A stretch of DNA of 64,000 bases. It comes from Auanema rhodensis (taxonomy: Eukaryota; Animalia; Nematoda). Positions 43,101 to 58,111 of the stretch are shown here, piece by piece. A program made the position numbers and the translations under genes. Position 1 is the stretch's first letter, and the number at the start of each line of letters is the position of its first letter. Below the pieces are notes generated by a model, which was given only the letters and a program-made list of their open reading frames with translations, was not told where the DNA came from and made no database searches. The stretch is taken from assembly GCA_964057225.1 (NCBI GenBank), contig OZ059900.1:7688001-7752000 (forward strand), in the 5' to 3' direction.

Positions 43101-46100
43101 ATATTTTTTTCTTCTAAAACGACTAAATGTATGAAATACTGTCATAGAATGTTCATATAGGTGTATTTTGCACGAATATCAAAACTGATTGAAATATGGG
43201 CCTTTTTATGTTCAAAACGCCATATATTCAACGATTTTGGGTACAAAACATGTGAAAACTGTATGTTTTGATCAGACCCTTTGAGATATGGATTTGAAAT
43301 TCAGGATTCATAAACTTTGACTATTTTTACATATATATGTCCAATTTTAACCACTTTGGTCAAAAAGGACCGAAAATATCAAGAATTATTGGTTTTTTGG
43401 GGATTGAAGGGCATTTTGGCAAAATCAGTCAAACTTTTGATCTTAAGCATATTTTTTTCTTCTAAAACGACTAAATGTATGAAATACTGTCATAGAATGT
43501 TCATATAGGTGTATTTTGCACAAATATCAAAACTGATTGAAATATGGGCCTTTTTATGCTCAAAACGCCATATATTCAACGATTTTGGGTACAAAACATG
43601 TGAAAACGGTATGTTTTGATCAGACCCTTTGAGATATGGATTTGAAATTCAGGATTCATAAAATTCGACTATTTTTACATATATATGTCCAATTTTAACC
43701 ACTTTGGTCAAAAAGGACCGAAAATATCAAGAATTATTGGTTTTTTGGGGTTTGAAGGGCATTTTGGCAAAATCAGTCAAACTTTTGATCTTAAGCATAT
43801 TTTTTTCTTCTAAAACGACTAAATGTATGAAATACTGTCAAAGAATGTTCATATAGGTGTATTTTGCACGAATATCAAAACTGATTGAAATATGGGCCTT
43901 TTTATGTTCAAAACGCCATATATTCAACGATTTTGGGTACAAAACATGTGAAAACTGTATGTTTTGATCAGACCCTTTGAGATATGGATTTGAAATTCAG
44001 GATTCATAAACTTCGACTATTTTTACATATATATGTCCAATTTTAACCACTTTGGTCGAAAAGGACCGAAAATATCAAGAATTATTGGTTTTTTGGGGAT
44101 TGAAGGGCATTTTGGCAAAATCAGTCAAACTTTTGATCTTAAGCATATTTTTTTCTTCTAAAACGACTAAATGTATGAAATACTGTCATAGAATGTTCAT
44201 ATAGGTGTATTTTGCACGAATATCAAAACTGATTGAAATATGGGCCTTTTTATGTTCAAAACGCCATATATTCAACGATTTTGGGTACAAAACATGTGAA
44301 AACTGTATGTTTTGATCAGACCCTTTGAGATATGGATTTGAAATTCAGGATTCATAAACTTTGACTATTTTTACATATATATGTCCAATTTTAACCACTT
44401 TGGTCAAAAAGGACCGAAAATATCAAGAATTATTGGTTTTTTGGGGATTGAAGGGCATTTTGGCAAAATCAGTCAAACTTTTGATCTTAAGCATATTTTT
44501 TTCTTCTAAAACGACTAAATGTATGAAATACTGTCATAGAATGTTCATATAGGTGTATTTTGCACAAATATCAAAACTGATTGAAATATGGGCCTTTTTA
44601 TGTTCAAAACGCCATATATTCAACGATTTTGGGTACAAAACATGTGAAAACTGTATGTTTTGATCAGACCCTTTGAGATATGGATTTGAAATTCAGGATT
44701 CATAAACTTTGACTATTTTTACATATATATGTCCAATTTTAACCACTTTGGTCAAAAAGGACCGAAAATATCAAGAATTATTGGTTTTTTGGGGATTGAA
44801 GGGCATTTTGGCAAAATCAGTCAAACTTTTGCTCTTAAGCATATTTTTTTCTTCTAAAACGACTAAATGTATGAAATACTGTCATAGAATGTTCATATAG
44901 GTGTATTTTGCACGAATATCAAAACTGATTGAAATATGGGCCTTTTTATGCTCAAAACGCCATATATTCAACGATTTTGGGTACAAAACATGTGAAAACT
45001 GTATGTTTTGATCAGACCCTTTGAGATATGGATTTAAAATTCAGGATTCATAAAATTCGACTATTTTTACATATATATGTCCAATTTTAACCACTTTGGT
45101 CAAAAAGGACCGAAAATATCAAGAATTATTGGTTTTTTGGGGTTTGAAGGGCATTTTGGCAAAATCAGTCAAACTTTTGATCTTAAGCATATTTTTTTCT
45201 TCTAAAACGACTAAATGTATGAAATACTGTCAAAGAATGTTCATATAGGTGTATTTTGCACGAATATCAAAACTGATTGAAATATGGGCCTTTTTATGTT
45301 CAAAACGCCATATATTCAACGATTTTGGGTACAAAACATGTGAAAACTGTATGTTTTGATCAGACCCTTTGAGATATGGATTTGAAATTCAGGATTCATA
45401 AACTTCGACTATTTTTACATATATATGTCCAATTTTAACCACTTTGGTCGAAAAGGACCGAAAATATCAAGAATTATTGGTTTTTTGGGGATTGAAGGGC
45501 ATTTTGGCAAAATCAGTCAAACTTTTGATCTTAAGCATATTTTTTTCTTCTAAAACGACTAAATGTATGAAATACTGTCATAGAATGTTCATATAGGTGT
45601 ATTTTGCACGAATATCAAAACTGATTGAAATATGGGCCTTTTTATGTTCAAAACGCCATATATTCAACGATTTTGGGTACAAAACATGTGAAAACTGTAT
45701 GTTTTGATCAGACCCTTTGAGATATGGATTTGAAATTCAGGATTCATAAACTTTGACTATTTTTACATATATATGTCCAATTTTAACCACTTTGGTCAAA
45801 AAGGACCGAAAATATCAAGAATTATTGGTTTTTTGGGGATTGAAGGGCATTTTGGCAAAATCAGTCAAACTTTTGATCTTAAGCATATTTTTTTCTTCTA
45901 AAACGACTAAATGTATGAAATACTGTCATAGAATGTTCATATAGGTGTATTTTGCACAAATATCAAAACTGATTGAAATATGGGCCTTTTTATGTTCAAA
46001 ACGCCATATATTCAACGATTTTGGGTACAAAACATGTGAAAACTGTATGTTTTGATCAGACCCTTTGAGATATGGATTTGAAATTCAGGATTCATAAACT

Positions 46101-47124
46101 TCGACTATTTTTACATATATATGTCCAATTTTAACCACTTTGGTCGAAAAGGACCGAAAATATCAAGAATTATTGGTTTTTTGGGGATTGAAGGGCATTT
46201 TGGCAAAATCAGTCAAACTTTTGATCTTAAGCATATTTTTTTCTTCTAAAACGACTAAATGTATGAAATACTGTCATAGAATGTTCATATAGGTGTATTT
46301 TGCACGAATATCAAAACTGATTGAAATATGGGCCTTTTTATGTTCAAAACGCCATATATTCAACGATTTTGGGTACAAAACATGTGAAAACTGTATGTTT
46401 TGATCAGACCCTTTGAGATATGGATTTGGAATTCAGGATTCATAAACTTTGACTATTTTTACATATATATGTTCAATTTTAACCACTTTGGTCAAAAAGG
46501 ACCGAAAATATCAAGAATTATTGGTTTTTTGGGGTTTGAAGGGCATTTTGGCTAAATCAGTCAAACTTTTGATCTTAAGCATATTTTTTTCTTCTAAAAC
46601 GACTAAATGTATGAAATACTGTCATAGAATGTTCATATAGGTGTATTTTGCACGAATATCAAAACTGATTGAAATATGGGCCTTTTTATGTTCAAAACGC
46701 CATATATTCAACGATTTTGGGTACAAAACATGTGAAAACTGTATGTTTTGATCAGACCCTTTGAGATATGGATTTGAAATTCAGGATTCATAAACTTTGA
46801 CTATTTTTACATATATATGTCCAATTTTAACCACTTTGGTCAAAAAGGACCGAAAATATCAAGAATTATTGGTTTTTTGGGGATTGAAGGGCATTTTGGC
46901 AAAATCAGTCAAACTTTTGATCTTAAGCATATTTTTTTCTTCTAAAACGACTAAATGTATGAAATACTGTCATAGAATGTTCATATAGGTGTATTTTGCA
47001 CAAATATCAAAACTGATTGAAATATGGGCCTTTTTATGCTCAAAACGCCATATATTCAACGATTTTGGGTACAAAACATGTGAAAACGGTATGTTTTGAT
47101 CAGACCCTTTGAGATATGGATTTG
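40165..47124. repeat. Tandem duplication of a 10-monomer block (3480 bp)
   Basis: ORF variant pattern 40881/41229/42273/42969/43317 is repeated at 44361/44709/45753/46449/46797. Chimeric junction monomer at 43496. Boundaries approximate. Confidence 0.88.
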
Positions 47125-50107
47125 AAATTCAGGATTCATAAACTTCGACTATTTCTACATATATATGTCCAATTTTAACCACTTTGGTCAAAAAGGACCG
47201 AAAATATCAAGAATTATTGGTTTTTTGGGGTTTGAAGGGCATTTTGGCAAAATCAGTCAAACTTTTGATCTTAAGCATATTTTTTTCTTCTAAAACGACT
47301 AAATGTATGAAATACTGTCAAAGAATGTTCATATAGGTGTATTTTGCACGAATATCAAAACTGATTGAAATATGGGCCTTTTTATGCTCAAAACGCCATA
47401 TATTCAACGATTTTGGGTACAAAACATGTGAAAACTGTATGTTTTGATCAGACCCTTTGAGATATGGATTTAAAATTCAGGATTCATAAAATTCGACTAT
47501 TTTTACATATATATGTCCAATTTTAACCACTTTGGTCAAAAAGGACCGAAAATATCAAGAATTATTGGTTTTTTGGGGTTTGAAGGGCATTTTGGCAAAA
47601 TCAGTCAAACTTTTGATCTTAAGCATATTTTTTTCTTCTAAAACGACTAAATGTATGAAATACTGTCATAGAATGTTCATATAGGTGTATTTTGCACGAA
47701 TATCAAAACTGATTGAAATATGGGCCTTTTTATGCTCAAAACGCCATATATTCAACGATTTTGGGTACAAAACATGTGAAAACTGTATGTTTTGATCAGA
47801 CCCTTTGAGATATGGATTTGAAATTCAGGATTCATAAACTTCGACTATTTCTACATATATATGTCCAATTTTAACCACTTTGGTCAAAAAGAACCGAAAA
47901 TATCAAGAATTATTGGTTTTTTGGGGTTTGAAGGGCATTTTGGCAAAATCAGTCAAACTTTTGATCTTAAGCATATTTTTTTCTTCTAAAACGACTAAAT
48001 GTATGAAATACTGTCATAGAATGTTCATATAGGTGTATTTTGCACGAATATCAAAACTGATTGAAATATGGGCCTTTTTATGTTCAAAACGCCATATATT
48101 CAACGATTTTGGGTACAAAACATGTGAAAACTGTATGTTTTGATCAGACCCTTTGAGATATGGATTTGAAATTCAGGATTCATAAACTTTGACTATTTTT
48201 ACATATATATGTCCAATTTTAACCACTTTGGTCAAAAAGGACCGAAAATATCAAGAATTATTGGTTTTTTGGGGATTGAAGGGCATTTTGGCAAAATCAG
48301 TCAAACTTTTGATCTTAAGCATATTTTTTTCTTCTAAAACGACTAAATGTATGAAATACTGTCATAGAATGTTCATATAGGTGTATTTTGCACAAATATC
48401 AAAACTGATTGAAATATGGGCCTTTTTATGCTCAAAACGCCATATATTCAACGATTTTGGGTACAAAACATGTGAAAACGGTATGTTTTGATCAGACCCT
48501 TTGAGATATGGATTTGAAATTCAGGATTCATAAACTTCGACTATTTCTACATATATATGTCCAATTTTAACCACTTTGGTCAAAAAGGACCGAAAATATC
48601 AAGAATTATTGGTTTTTTGGGGTTTGAAGGGCATTTTGGCAAAATCAGTCAAACTTTTGATCTTAAGCATATTTTTTTCTTCTAAAACGACTAAATGTAT
48701 GAAATACTGTCAAAGAATGTTCATATAGGTGTATTTTGCACGAATATCAAAACTGATTGAAATATGGGCCTTTTTATGCTCAAAACGCCATATATTCAAC
48801 GATTTTGGGTACAAAACATGTGAAAACTGTATGTTTTGATCAGACCCTTTGAGATATGGATTTAAAATTCAGGATTCATAAAATTCGACTATTTTTACAT
48901 ATATATGTCCAATTTTAACCACTTTGGTCAAAAAGGACCGAAAATATCAAGAATTATTGGTTTTTTGGGGTTTGAAGGGCATTTTGGCAAAATCAGTCAA
49001 ACTTTTGATCTTAAGCATATTTTTTTCTTCTAAAACGACTAAATGTATGAAATACTGTCATAGAATGTTCATATAGGTGTATTTTGCACGAATATCAAAA
49101 CTGATTGAAATATGGGCCTTTTTATGCTCAAAACGCCATATATTCAACGATTTTGGGTACAAAACATGTGAAAACTGTATGTTTTGATCAGACCCTTTGA
49201 GATATGGATTTGAAATTCAGGATTCATAAACTTCGACTATTTCTACATATATATGTCCAATTTTAACCACTTTGGTCAAAAAGGACCGAAAATATCAAGA
49301 ATTATTGGTTTTTTGGGGTTTGAAGGGCATTTTGGCAAAATCAGTCAAACTTTTGATCTTAAGCATATTTTTTTCTTCTAAAACGACTAAATGTATGAAA
49401 TACTGTCATAGAATGTTCATATAGGTGTATTTTGCACGAATATCAAAACTGATTGAAATATGGGCCTTTTTATGTTCAAAACGCCATATATTCAACGATT
49501 TTGGGTACAAAACATGTGAAAACTGTATGTTTTGATCAGACCCTTTGAGATATGGATTTGAAATTCAGAATTCATAAACTTCGACTATTTTTACATATAT
49601 ATGTCCAATTTTAACCACTTTGGTCGAAAAGGACCGAAAATATCAAGAATTATTGGTTTTTTGGGGATTGAAGGGCATTTTGGCAAAATCAGTCAAACTT
49701 TTGATCTTAAGCATATTTTTTTCTTCTAAAACGACTAAATGTATGAAATACTGTCATAGAATGTTCATATAGGTGTATTTTGCACGAATATCAAAACTGA
49801 TTGAAATATGGGCCTTTTTATGTTCAAAACGCCATATATTCAACGATTTTGGGTACAAAACATGTGAAAACTGTATGTTTTGATCAGACCCTTTGAGATA
49901 TGGATTTGGAATTCAGGATTCATAAACTTTGACTATTTTTACATATATATGTTCAATTTTAACCACTTTGGTCAAAAAGGACCGAAAATATCAAGAATTA
50001 TTGGTTTTTTGGGGTTTGAAGGGCATTTTGGCTAAATCAGTCAAACTTTTGATCTTAAGCATATTTTTTTCTTCTAAAACGACTAAATGTATGAAATACT
50101 GTCATAG

Positions 50108-51499
50108 AATGTTCATATAGGTGTATTTTGCACGAATATCAAAACTGATTGAAATATGGGCCTTTTTATGTTCAAAACGCCATATATTCAACGATTTTGG
50201 GTACAAAACATGTGAAAACTGTATGTTTTGATCAGACCCTTTGAGATATGGATTTGAAATTCAGGATTCATAAACTTTGACTATTTTTACATATATATGT
50301 CCAATTTTAACCACTTTGGTCAAAAAGGACCGAAAATATCAAGAATTATTGGTTTTTTGGGGATTGAAGGGCATTTTGGCAAAATCAGTCAAACTTTTGC
50401 TCTTAAGCATATTTTTTTCTTCTAAAACGACTAAATGTATGAAATACTGTCATAGAATGTTCATATAGGTGTATTTTGCACGAATATCAAAACTGATTGA
50501 AATATGGGCCTTTTTATGCTCAAAACGCCATATATTCAACGATTTTGGGTACAAAACATGTGAAAACTGTATGTTTTGATCAGACCCTTTGAGATATGGA
50601 TTTAAAATTCAGGATTCATAAAATTCGACTATTTTTACATATATATGTCCCATTTTAACCACTTTGGTCAAAAAGGACCGAAAATATCAAGAATTATTGG
50701 TTTTTTGGGGTTTGAAGGGCATTTTGGCTAAATCAGTCAAACTTTTGATCTTAAGCATATTTTTTTCTTCTAAAACGACTAAATGTATGAAATACTGTCA
50801 TAGAATGTTCATATAGGTGTATTTTGCACGAATATCAAAACTGATTGAAATATGGGCCTTTTTATGTTCAAAACGCCATATATTCAACGATTTTGGGTAC
50901 AAAACATGTGAAAACTGTATGTTTTGATCAGACCCTTTGAGATATGGATTTGAAATTCAGGATTCATAAACTTTGACTATTTTTACATATATATGTCCAA
51001 TTTTAACCACTTTGGTCAAAAAGGACCGAAAATATCAAGAATTATTGGTTTTTTGGGGATTGAAGGGCATTTTGGCAAAATCAGTCAAACTTTTGCTCTT
51101 AAGCATATTTTTTTCTTCTAAAACGACTAAATGTATGAAATACTGTCATAGAATGTTCATATAGGTGTATTTTGCACGAATATCAAAACTGATTGAAATA
51201 TGGGCCTTTTTATGCTCAAAACGCCATATATTCAACGATTTTGGGTACAAAACATGTGAAAACTGTATGTTTTGATCAGACCCTTTGAGATATGGATTTA
51301 AAATTCAGGATTCATAAAATTCGACTATTTTTACATATATATGTCCCATTTTAACCACTTTGGTCAAAAAGGACCGAAAATATCAAGAATTATTGGTTTT
51401 TTGGGGTTTGAAGGGCATTTTGGCAAAATCAGTCAAACTTTTGATCTTAAGCATATTTTTTTCTTCTAAAACGACTAAATGTATGAAATACTGTCAAAG
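50108..51499. repeat. Tandem duplication of a 2-monomer block (696 bp)
   Basis: Private TCCCATTTT variant at 50651 and 51347; m293C monomers at 50108 and 50804. Confidence 0.85.
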
Positions 51500-53935
51500 A
51501 ATGTTCATATAGGTGTATTTTGCACGAATATCAAAACTGATTGAAATATGGGCCTTTTTATGTTCAAAACGCCATATATTCAACGATTTTGGGTACAAAA
51601 CATGTGAAAACTGTATGTTTTGATCAGACCCTTTGAGATATGGATTTGAAATTCAGGATTCATAAACTTCGACTATTTTTACATATATATGTCCAATTTT
51701 AACCACTTTGGTCGAAAAGGACCGAAAATATCAAGAATTATTGGTTTTTTGGGGATTGAAGGGCATTTTGGCAAAATCAGTCAAACTTTTGATCTTAAGC
51801 ATATTTTTTTCTTCTAAAACGACTAAATGTATGAAATACTGTCATAGAATGTTCATATAGGTGTATTTTGCACGAATATCAAAACTGATTGAAATATGGG
51901 CCTTTTTATGTTCAAAACGCCATATATTCAACGATTTTGGGTACAAAACATGTGAAAACTGTATGTTTTGATCAGACCCTTTGAGATATGGATTTGAAAT
52001 TCAGGATTCATAAACTTTGACTATTTTTACACATATATGTCCAATTTTAACCACTTTGGTCAAAAAGGACCGAAAATATCAAGAATTATTGGTTTTTTGG
52101 GGATTGAAGGGCATTTTGGCAAAATCAGTCAAACTTTTGATCTTAAGCATATTTTTTTCTTCTAAAACGACTAAATGTATGAAATACTGTCATAGAATGT
52201 TCATATAGGTGTATTTTGCACAAATATCAAAACTGATTGAAATATGGGCCTTTTTATGTTCAAAACGCCATATATTCAACGATTTTGGGTACAAAACATG
52301 TGAAAACTGTATGTTTTGATCAGACCCTTTGAGATATGGATTTGAAATTCAGGATTCATAAACTTCGACTATTTTTACATATATATGTCCAATTTTAACC
52401 ACTTTGGTCGAAAAGGACCGAAAATATCAAGAATTATTGGTTTTTTGGGGATTGAAGGGCATTTTGGCAAAATCAGTCAAACTTTTGATCTTAAGCATAT
52501 TTTTTTCTTCTAAAACGACTAAATGTATGAAATACTGTCATAGAATGTTCATATAGGTGTATTTTGCACGAATATCAAAACTGATTGAAATATGGGCCTT
52601 TTTATGCTCAAAACGCCATATATTCAACGATTTTGGGTACAAAACATGTGAAAACTGTATGTTTTGATCAGACCCTTTGAGATATGGATTTAAAATTCAG
52701 GATTCATAAAATTCGACTATTTTTACATATATATGTCCAATTTTAACCACTTTGGTCAAAAAGGACCGAAAATATCAAGAATTATTGGTTTTTTGGGGTT
52801 TGAAGGGCATTTTGGCAAAATCAGTCAAACTTTTGATCTTAAGCATATTTTCTTCTTCTAAAACGACTAAATGTATGAAATACTGTCAAAGAATGTTCAT
52901 ATAGGTGTATTTTGCACGAATATCAAAACTGATTGAAATATGGGCCTTTTTATGTTCAAAACGCCATATATTCAACGATTTTGGGTACAAAACATGTGAA
53001 AACTGTATGTTTTGATCAGACCCTTTGAGATATGGATTTGAAATTCAGGATTCATAAACTTCGACTATTTTTACATATATATGTCCAATTTTAACCACTT
53101 TGGTCGAAAAGGACCGAAAATATCAAGAATTATTGGTTTTTTGGGGATTGAAGGGCATTTTGGCAAAATCAGTCAAACTTTTGATCTTAAGCATATTTTT
53201 TTCTTCTAAAACGACTAAATGTATGAAATACTGTCATAGAATGTTCATATAGGTGTATTTTGCACGAATATCAAAACTGATTGAAATATGGGCCTTTTTA
53301 TGTTCAAAACGCCATATATTCAACGATTTTGGGTACAAAACATGTGAAAACTGTATGTTTTGATCAGACCCTTTGAGATATGGATTTGAAATTCAGGATT
53401 CATAAACTTTGACTATTTTTACACATATATGTCCAATTTTAACCACTTTGGTCAAAAAGGACCGAAAATATCAAGAATTATTGGTTTTTTGGGGATTGAA
53501 GGGCATTTTGGCAAAATCAGTCAAACTTTTGATCTTAAGCATATTTTTTTCTTCTAAAACGACTAAATGTATGAAATACTGTCATAGAATGTTCATATAG
53601 GTGTATTTTGCACAAATATCAAAACTGATTGAAATATGGGCCTTTTTATGTTCAAAACGCCATATATTCAACGATTTTGGGTACAAAACATGTGAAAACT
53701 GTATGTTTTGATCAGACCCTTTGAGATATGGATTTGAAATTCAGGATTCATAAACTTCGACTATTTTTACATATATATGTCCAATTTTAACCACTTTGGT
53801 CGAAAAGGACCGAAAATATCAAGAATTATTGGTTTTTTGGGGATTGAAGGGCATTTTGGCAAAATCAGTCAAACTTTTGATCTTAAGCATATTTTTTTCT
53901 TCTAAAACGACTAAATGTATGAAATACTGTCATAG
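51152..53935. repeat. Tandem duplication of a 4-monomer block (1392 bp)
   Basis: Private ACACATAT variant at 52032 and 53424. Boundaries approximate. Confidence 0.8.
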
Positions 53936-55327
53936 AATGTTCATATAGGTGTATTTTGCACGAATATCAAAACTGATTGAAATATGGGCCTTTTTATGTT
54001 CAAAACGCCATATATTCAACGATTTTGGGTACAAAACATGTGAAAACTGTATGTTTTGATCAGACCCTTTGAGATATGGATTTGGAATTCAGGATTCATA
54101 AACTTTGACTATTTTTACATATATATGTTCAATTTTAACCACTTTGGTCAAAAAGGACCGAAAATATCAAGAATTATTGGTTTTTTGGGGTTTGAAGGGC
54201 ATTTTGGCTAAATCAGTCAAACTTTTGATCTTAAGCATATTTTTTTCTTCTAAAACGACTAAATGTATGAAATACTGTCATAGAATGTTCATATAGGTGT
54301 ATTTTGCACGAATATCAAAACTGATTGAAATATGGGCCTTTTTATGTTCAAAACGCCATATATTCAACGATTTTGGGTACAAAACATGTGAAAACTGTAT
54401 GTTTTGATCAGACCCTTTGAGATATGGATTTGAAATTCAGGATTCATAAACTTTGACTATTTTTACATATATATGTCCAATTTTAACCACTTTGGTCAAA
54501 AAGGACCGAAAATATCAAGAATTATTGGTTTTTTGGGGATTGAAGGGCATTTTGGCAAAATCAGTCAAACTTTTGATCTTAAGCATATTTTTTTCTTCTA
54601 AAACGACTAAATGTATGAAATACTGTCATAGAATGTTCATATAGGTGTATTTTGCACAAATATCAAAACTGATTGAAATATGGGCCTTTTTATGCTCAAA
54701 ACGCCATATATTCAACGATTTTGGGTACAAAACATGTGAAAACGGTATGTTTTGATCAGACCCTTTGAGATATGGATTTGAAATTCAGGATTCATAAACT
54801 TCGACTATTTCTACATATATATGTCCAATTTTAACCACTTTGGTCAAAAAGGACCGAAAATATCAAGAATTATTGGTTTTTTGGGGTTTGAAGGGCATTT
54901 TGGCAAAATCAGTCAAACTTTTGATCTTAAGCATATTTTTTTCTTCTAAAACGACTAAATGTATGAAATACTGTCAAAGAATGTTCATATAGGTGTATTT
55001 TGCACGAATATCAAAACTGATTGAAATATGGGCCTTTTTATGCTCAAAACGCCATATATTCAACGATTTTGGGTACAAAACATGTGAAAACTGTATGTTT
55101 TGATCAGACCCTTTGAGATATGGATTTAAAATTCAGGATTCATAAACTTTGACTATTTTTACATATATATGTCCAATTTTAACCACTTTGGTCAAAAAGG
55201 ACCGAAAATATCAAGAATTATTGGTTTTTTGGGGATTGAAGGGCATTTTGGCAAAATCAGTCAAACTTTTGATCTTAAGCATATTTTTTTCTTCTAAAAC
55301 GACTAAATGTATGAAATACTGTCATAG

Positions 55328-58111
55328 AATGTTCATATAGGTGTATTTTGCACAAATATCAAAACTGATTGAAATATGGGCCTTTTTATGCTCAAAACGC
55401 CATATATTCAACGATTTTGGGTACAAAACATGTGAAAACGGTATGTTTTGATCAGACCCTTTGAGATATGGATTTGAAATTCAGGATTCATAAACTTCGA
55501 CTATTTCTACATATATATGTCCAATTTTAACCACTTTGGTCAAAAAGGACCGAAAATATCAAGAATTATTGGTTTTTTGGGGTTTGAAGGGCATTTTGGC
55601 AAAATCAGTCAAACTTTTGATCTTAAGCATATTTTTTTCTTCTAAAACGACTAAATGTATGAAATACTGTCAAAGAATGTTCATATAGGTGTATTTTGCA
55701 CGAATATCAAAACTGATTGAAATATGGGCCTTTTTATGCTCAAAACGCCATATATTCAACGATTTTGGGTACAAAACATGTGAAAACTGTATGTTTTGAT
55801 CAGACCCTTTGAGATATGGATTTAAAATTCAGGATTCATAAAATTCGACTATTTTTACATATATATGTCCAATTTTAACCACTTTGGTCAAAAAGGACCG
55901 AAAATATCAAGAATTATTGGTTTTTTGGGGTTTGAAGGGCATTTTGGCAAAATCAGTCAAACTTTTGATCTTAAGCATATTTTTTTCTTCTAAAACGACT
56001 AAATGTATGAAATACTGTCATAGAATGTTCATATAGGTGTATTTTGCACGAATATCAAAACTGATTGAAATATGGGCCTTTTTATGCTCAAAACGCCATA
56101 TATTCAACGATTTTGGGTACAAAACATGTGAAAACTGTATGTTTTGATCAGACCCTTTGAGATATGGATTTGAAATTCAGGATTCATAAACTTCGACTAT
56201 TTCTACATATATATGTCCAATTTTAACCACTTTGGTCAAAAAGAACCGAAAATATCAAGAATTATTGGTTTTTTGGGGTTTGAAGGGCATTTTGGCAAAA
56301 TCAGTCAAACTTTTGATCTTAAGCATATTTTTTTCTTCTAAAACGACTAAATGTATGAAATACTGTCATAGAATGTTCATATAGGTGTATTTTGCACGAA
56401 TATCAAAACTGATTGAAATATGGGCCTTTTTATGTTCAAAACGCCATATATTCAACGATTTTGGGTACAAAACATGTGAAAACTGTATGTTTTGATCAGA
56501 CCCTTTGAGATATGGATTTGAAATTCAGGATTCATAAACTTTGACTATTTTTACATATATATGTCCAATTTTAACCACTTTGGTCAAAAAGGACCGAAAA
56601 TATCAAGAATTATTGGTTTTTTGGGGATTGAAGGGCATTTTGGCAAAATCAGTCAAACTTTTGCTCTTAAGCATATTTTTTTCTTCTAAAACGACTAAAT
56701 GTATGAAATACTGTCATAGAATGTTCATATAGGTGTATTTTGCACAAATATCAAAACTGATTGAAATATGGGCCTTTTTATGCTCAAAACGCCATATATT
56801 CAACGATTTTGGGTACAAAACATGTGAAAACAGTATGTTTTGATCAGACCCTTTGAGATATGGATTTGAAATTCAGGATTCATAAACTTCGACTATTTCT
56901 ACATATATATGTCCAATTTTAACCACTTTGGTCAAAAAGGACCGAAAATATCAAGAATTATTGGTTTTTTGGGGTTTGAAGGGCATTTTGGCAAAATCAG
57001 TCAAACTTTTGATCTTAAGCATATTTTTTTCTTCTAAAACGACTAAATGTATGAAATACTGTCAAAGAATGTTCATATAGGTGTATTTTGCACGAATATC
57101 AAAACTGATTGAAATATGGGCCTTTTTATGCTCAAAACGCCATATATTCAACGATTTTGGGTACAAAACATGTGAAAACTGTATGTTTTGATCAGACCCT
57201 TTGAGATATGGATTTAAAATTCAGGATTCATAAAATTCGACTATTTTTACATATATATGTCCAATTTTAACCACTTTGGTCAAAAAGGACCGAAAATATC
57301 AAGAATTATTGGTTTTTTGGGGTTTGAAGGGCATTTTGGCAAAATCAGTCAAACTTTTGATCTTAAGCATATTTTTTTCTTCTAAAACGACTAAATGTAT
57401 GAAATACTGTCATAGAATGTTCATATAGGTGTATTTTGCACGAATATCAAAACTGATTGAAATATGGGCCTTTTTATGCTCAAAACGCCATATATTCAAC
57501 GATTTTGGGTACAAAACATGTGAAAACTGTATGTTTTGATCAGACCCTTTGAGATATGGATTTGAAATTCAGGATTCATAAACTTCGACTATTTCTACAT
57601 ATATATGTCCAATTTTAACCACTTTGGTCAAAAAGAACCGAAAATATCAAGAATTATTGGTTTTTTGGGGTTTGAAGGGCATTTTGGCAAAATCAGTCAA
57701 ACTTTTGATCTTAAGCATATTTTTTTCTTCTAAAACGACTAAATGTATGAAATACTGTCATAGAATGTTCATATAGGTGTATTTTGCACGAATATCAAAA
57801 CTGATTGAAATATGGGCCTTTTTATGTTCAAAACGCCATATATTCAACGATTTTGGGTACAAAACATGTGAAAACTGTATGTTTTGATCAGACCCTTTGA
57901 GATATGGATTTGAAATTCAGGATTCATAAACTTTGACTATTTTTACATATATATGTCCAATTTTAACCACTTTGGTCAAAAAGGACCGAAAATATCAAGA
58001 ATTATTGGTTTTTTGGGGATTGAAGGGCATTTTGGCAAAATCAGTCAAACTTTTGCTCTTAAGCATATTTTTTTCTTCTAAAACGACTAAATGTATGAAA
58101 TACTGTCATAG
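55328..58111. repeat. Tandem duplication of a 4-monomer block (1392 bp)
   Basis: Rare AAGAACCG variant at 56244 and 57636; m293C ORFs at 56541 and 57933. Confidence 0.85.
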
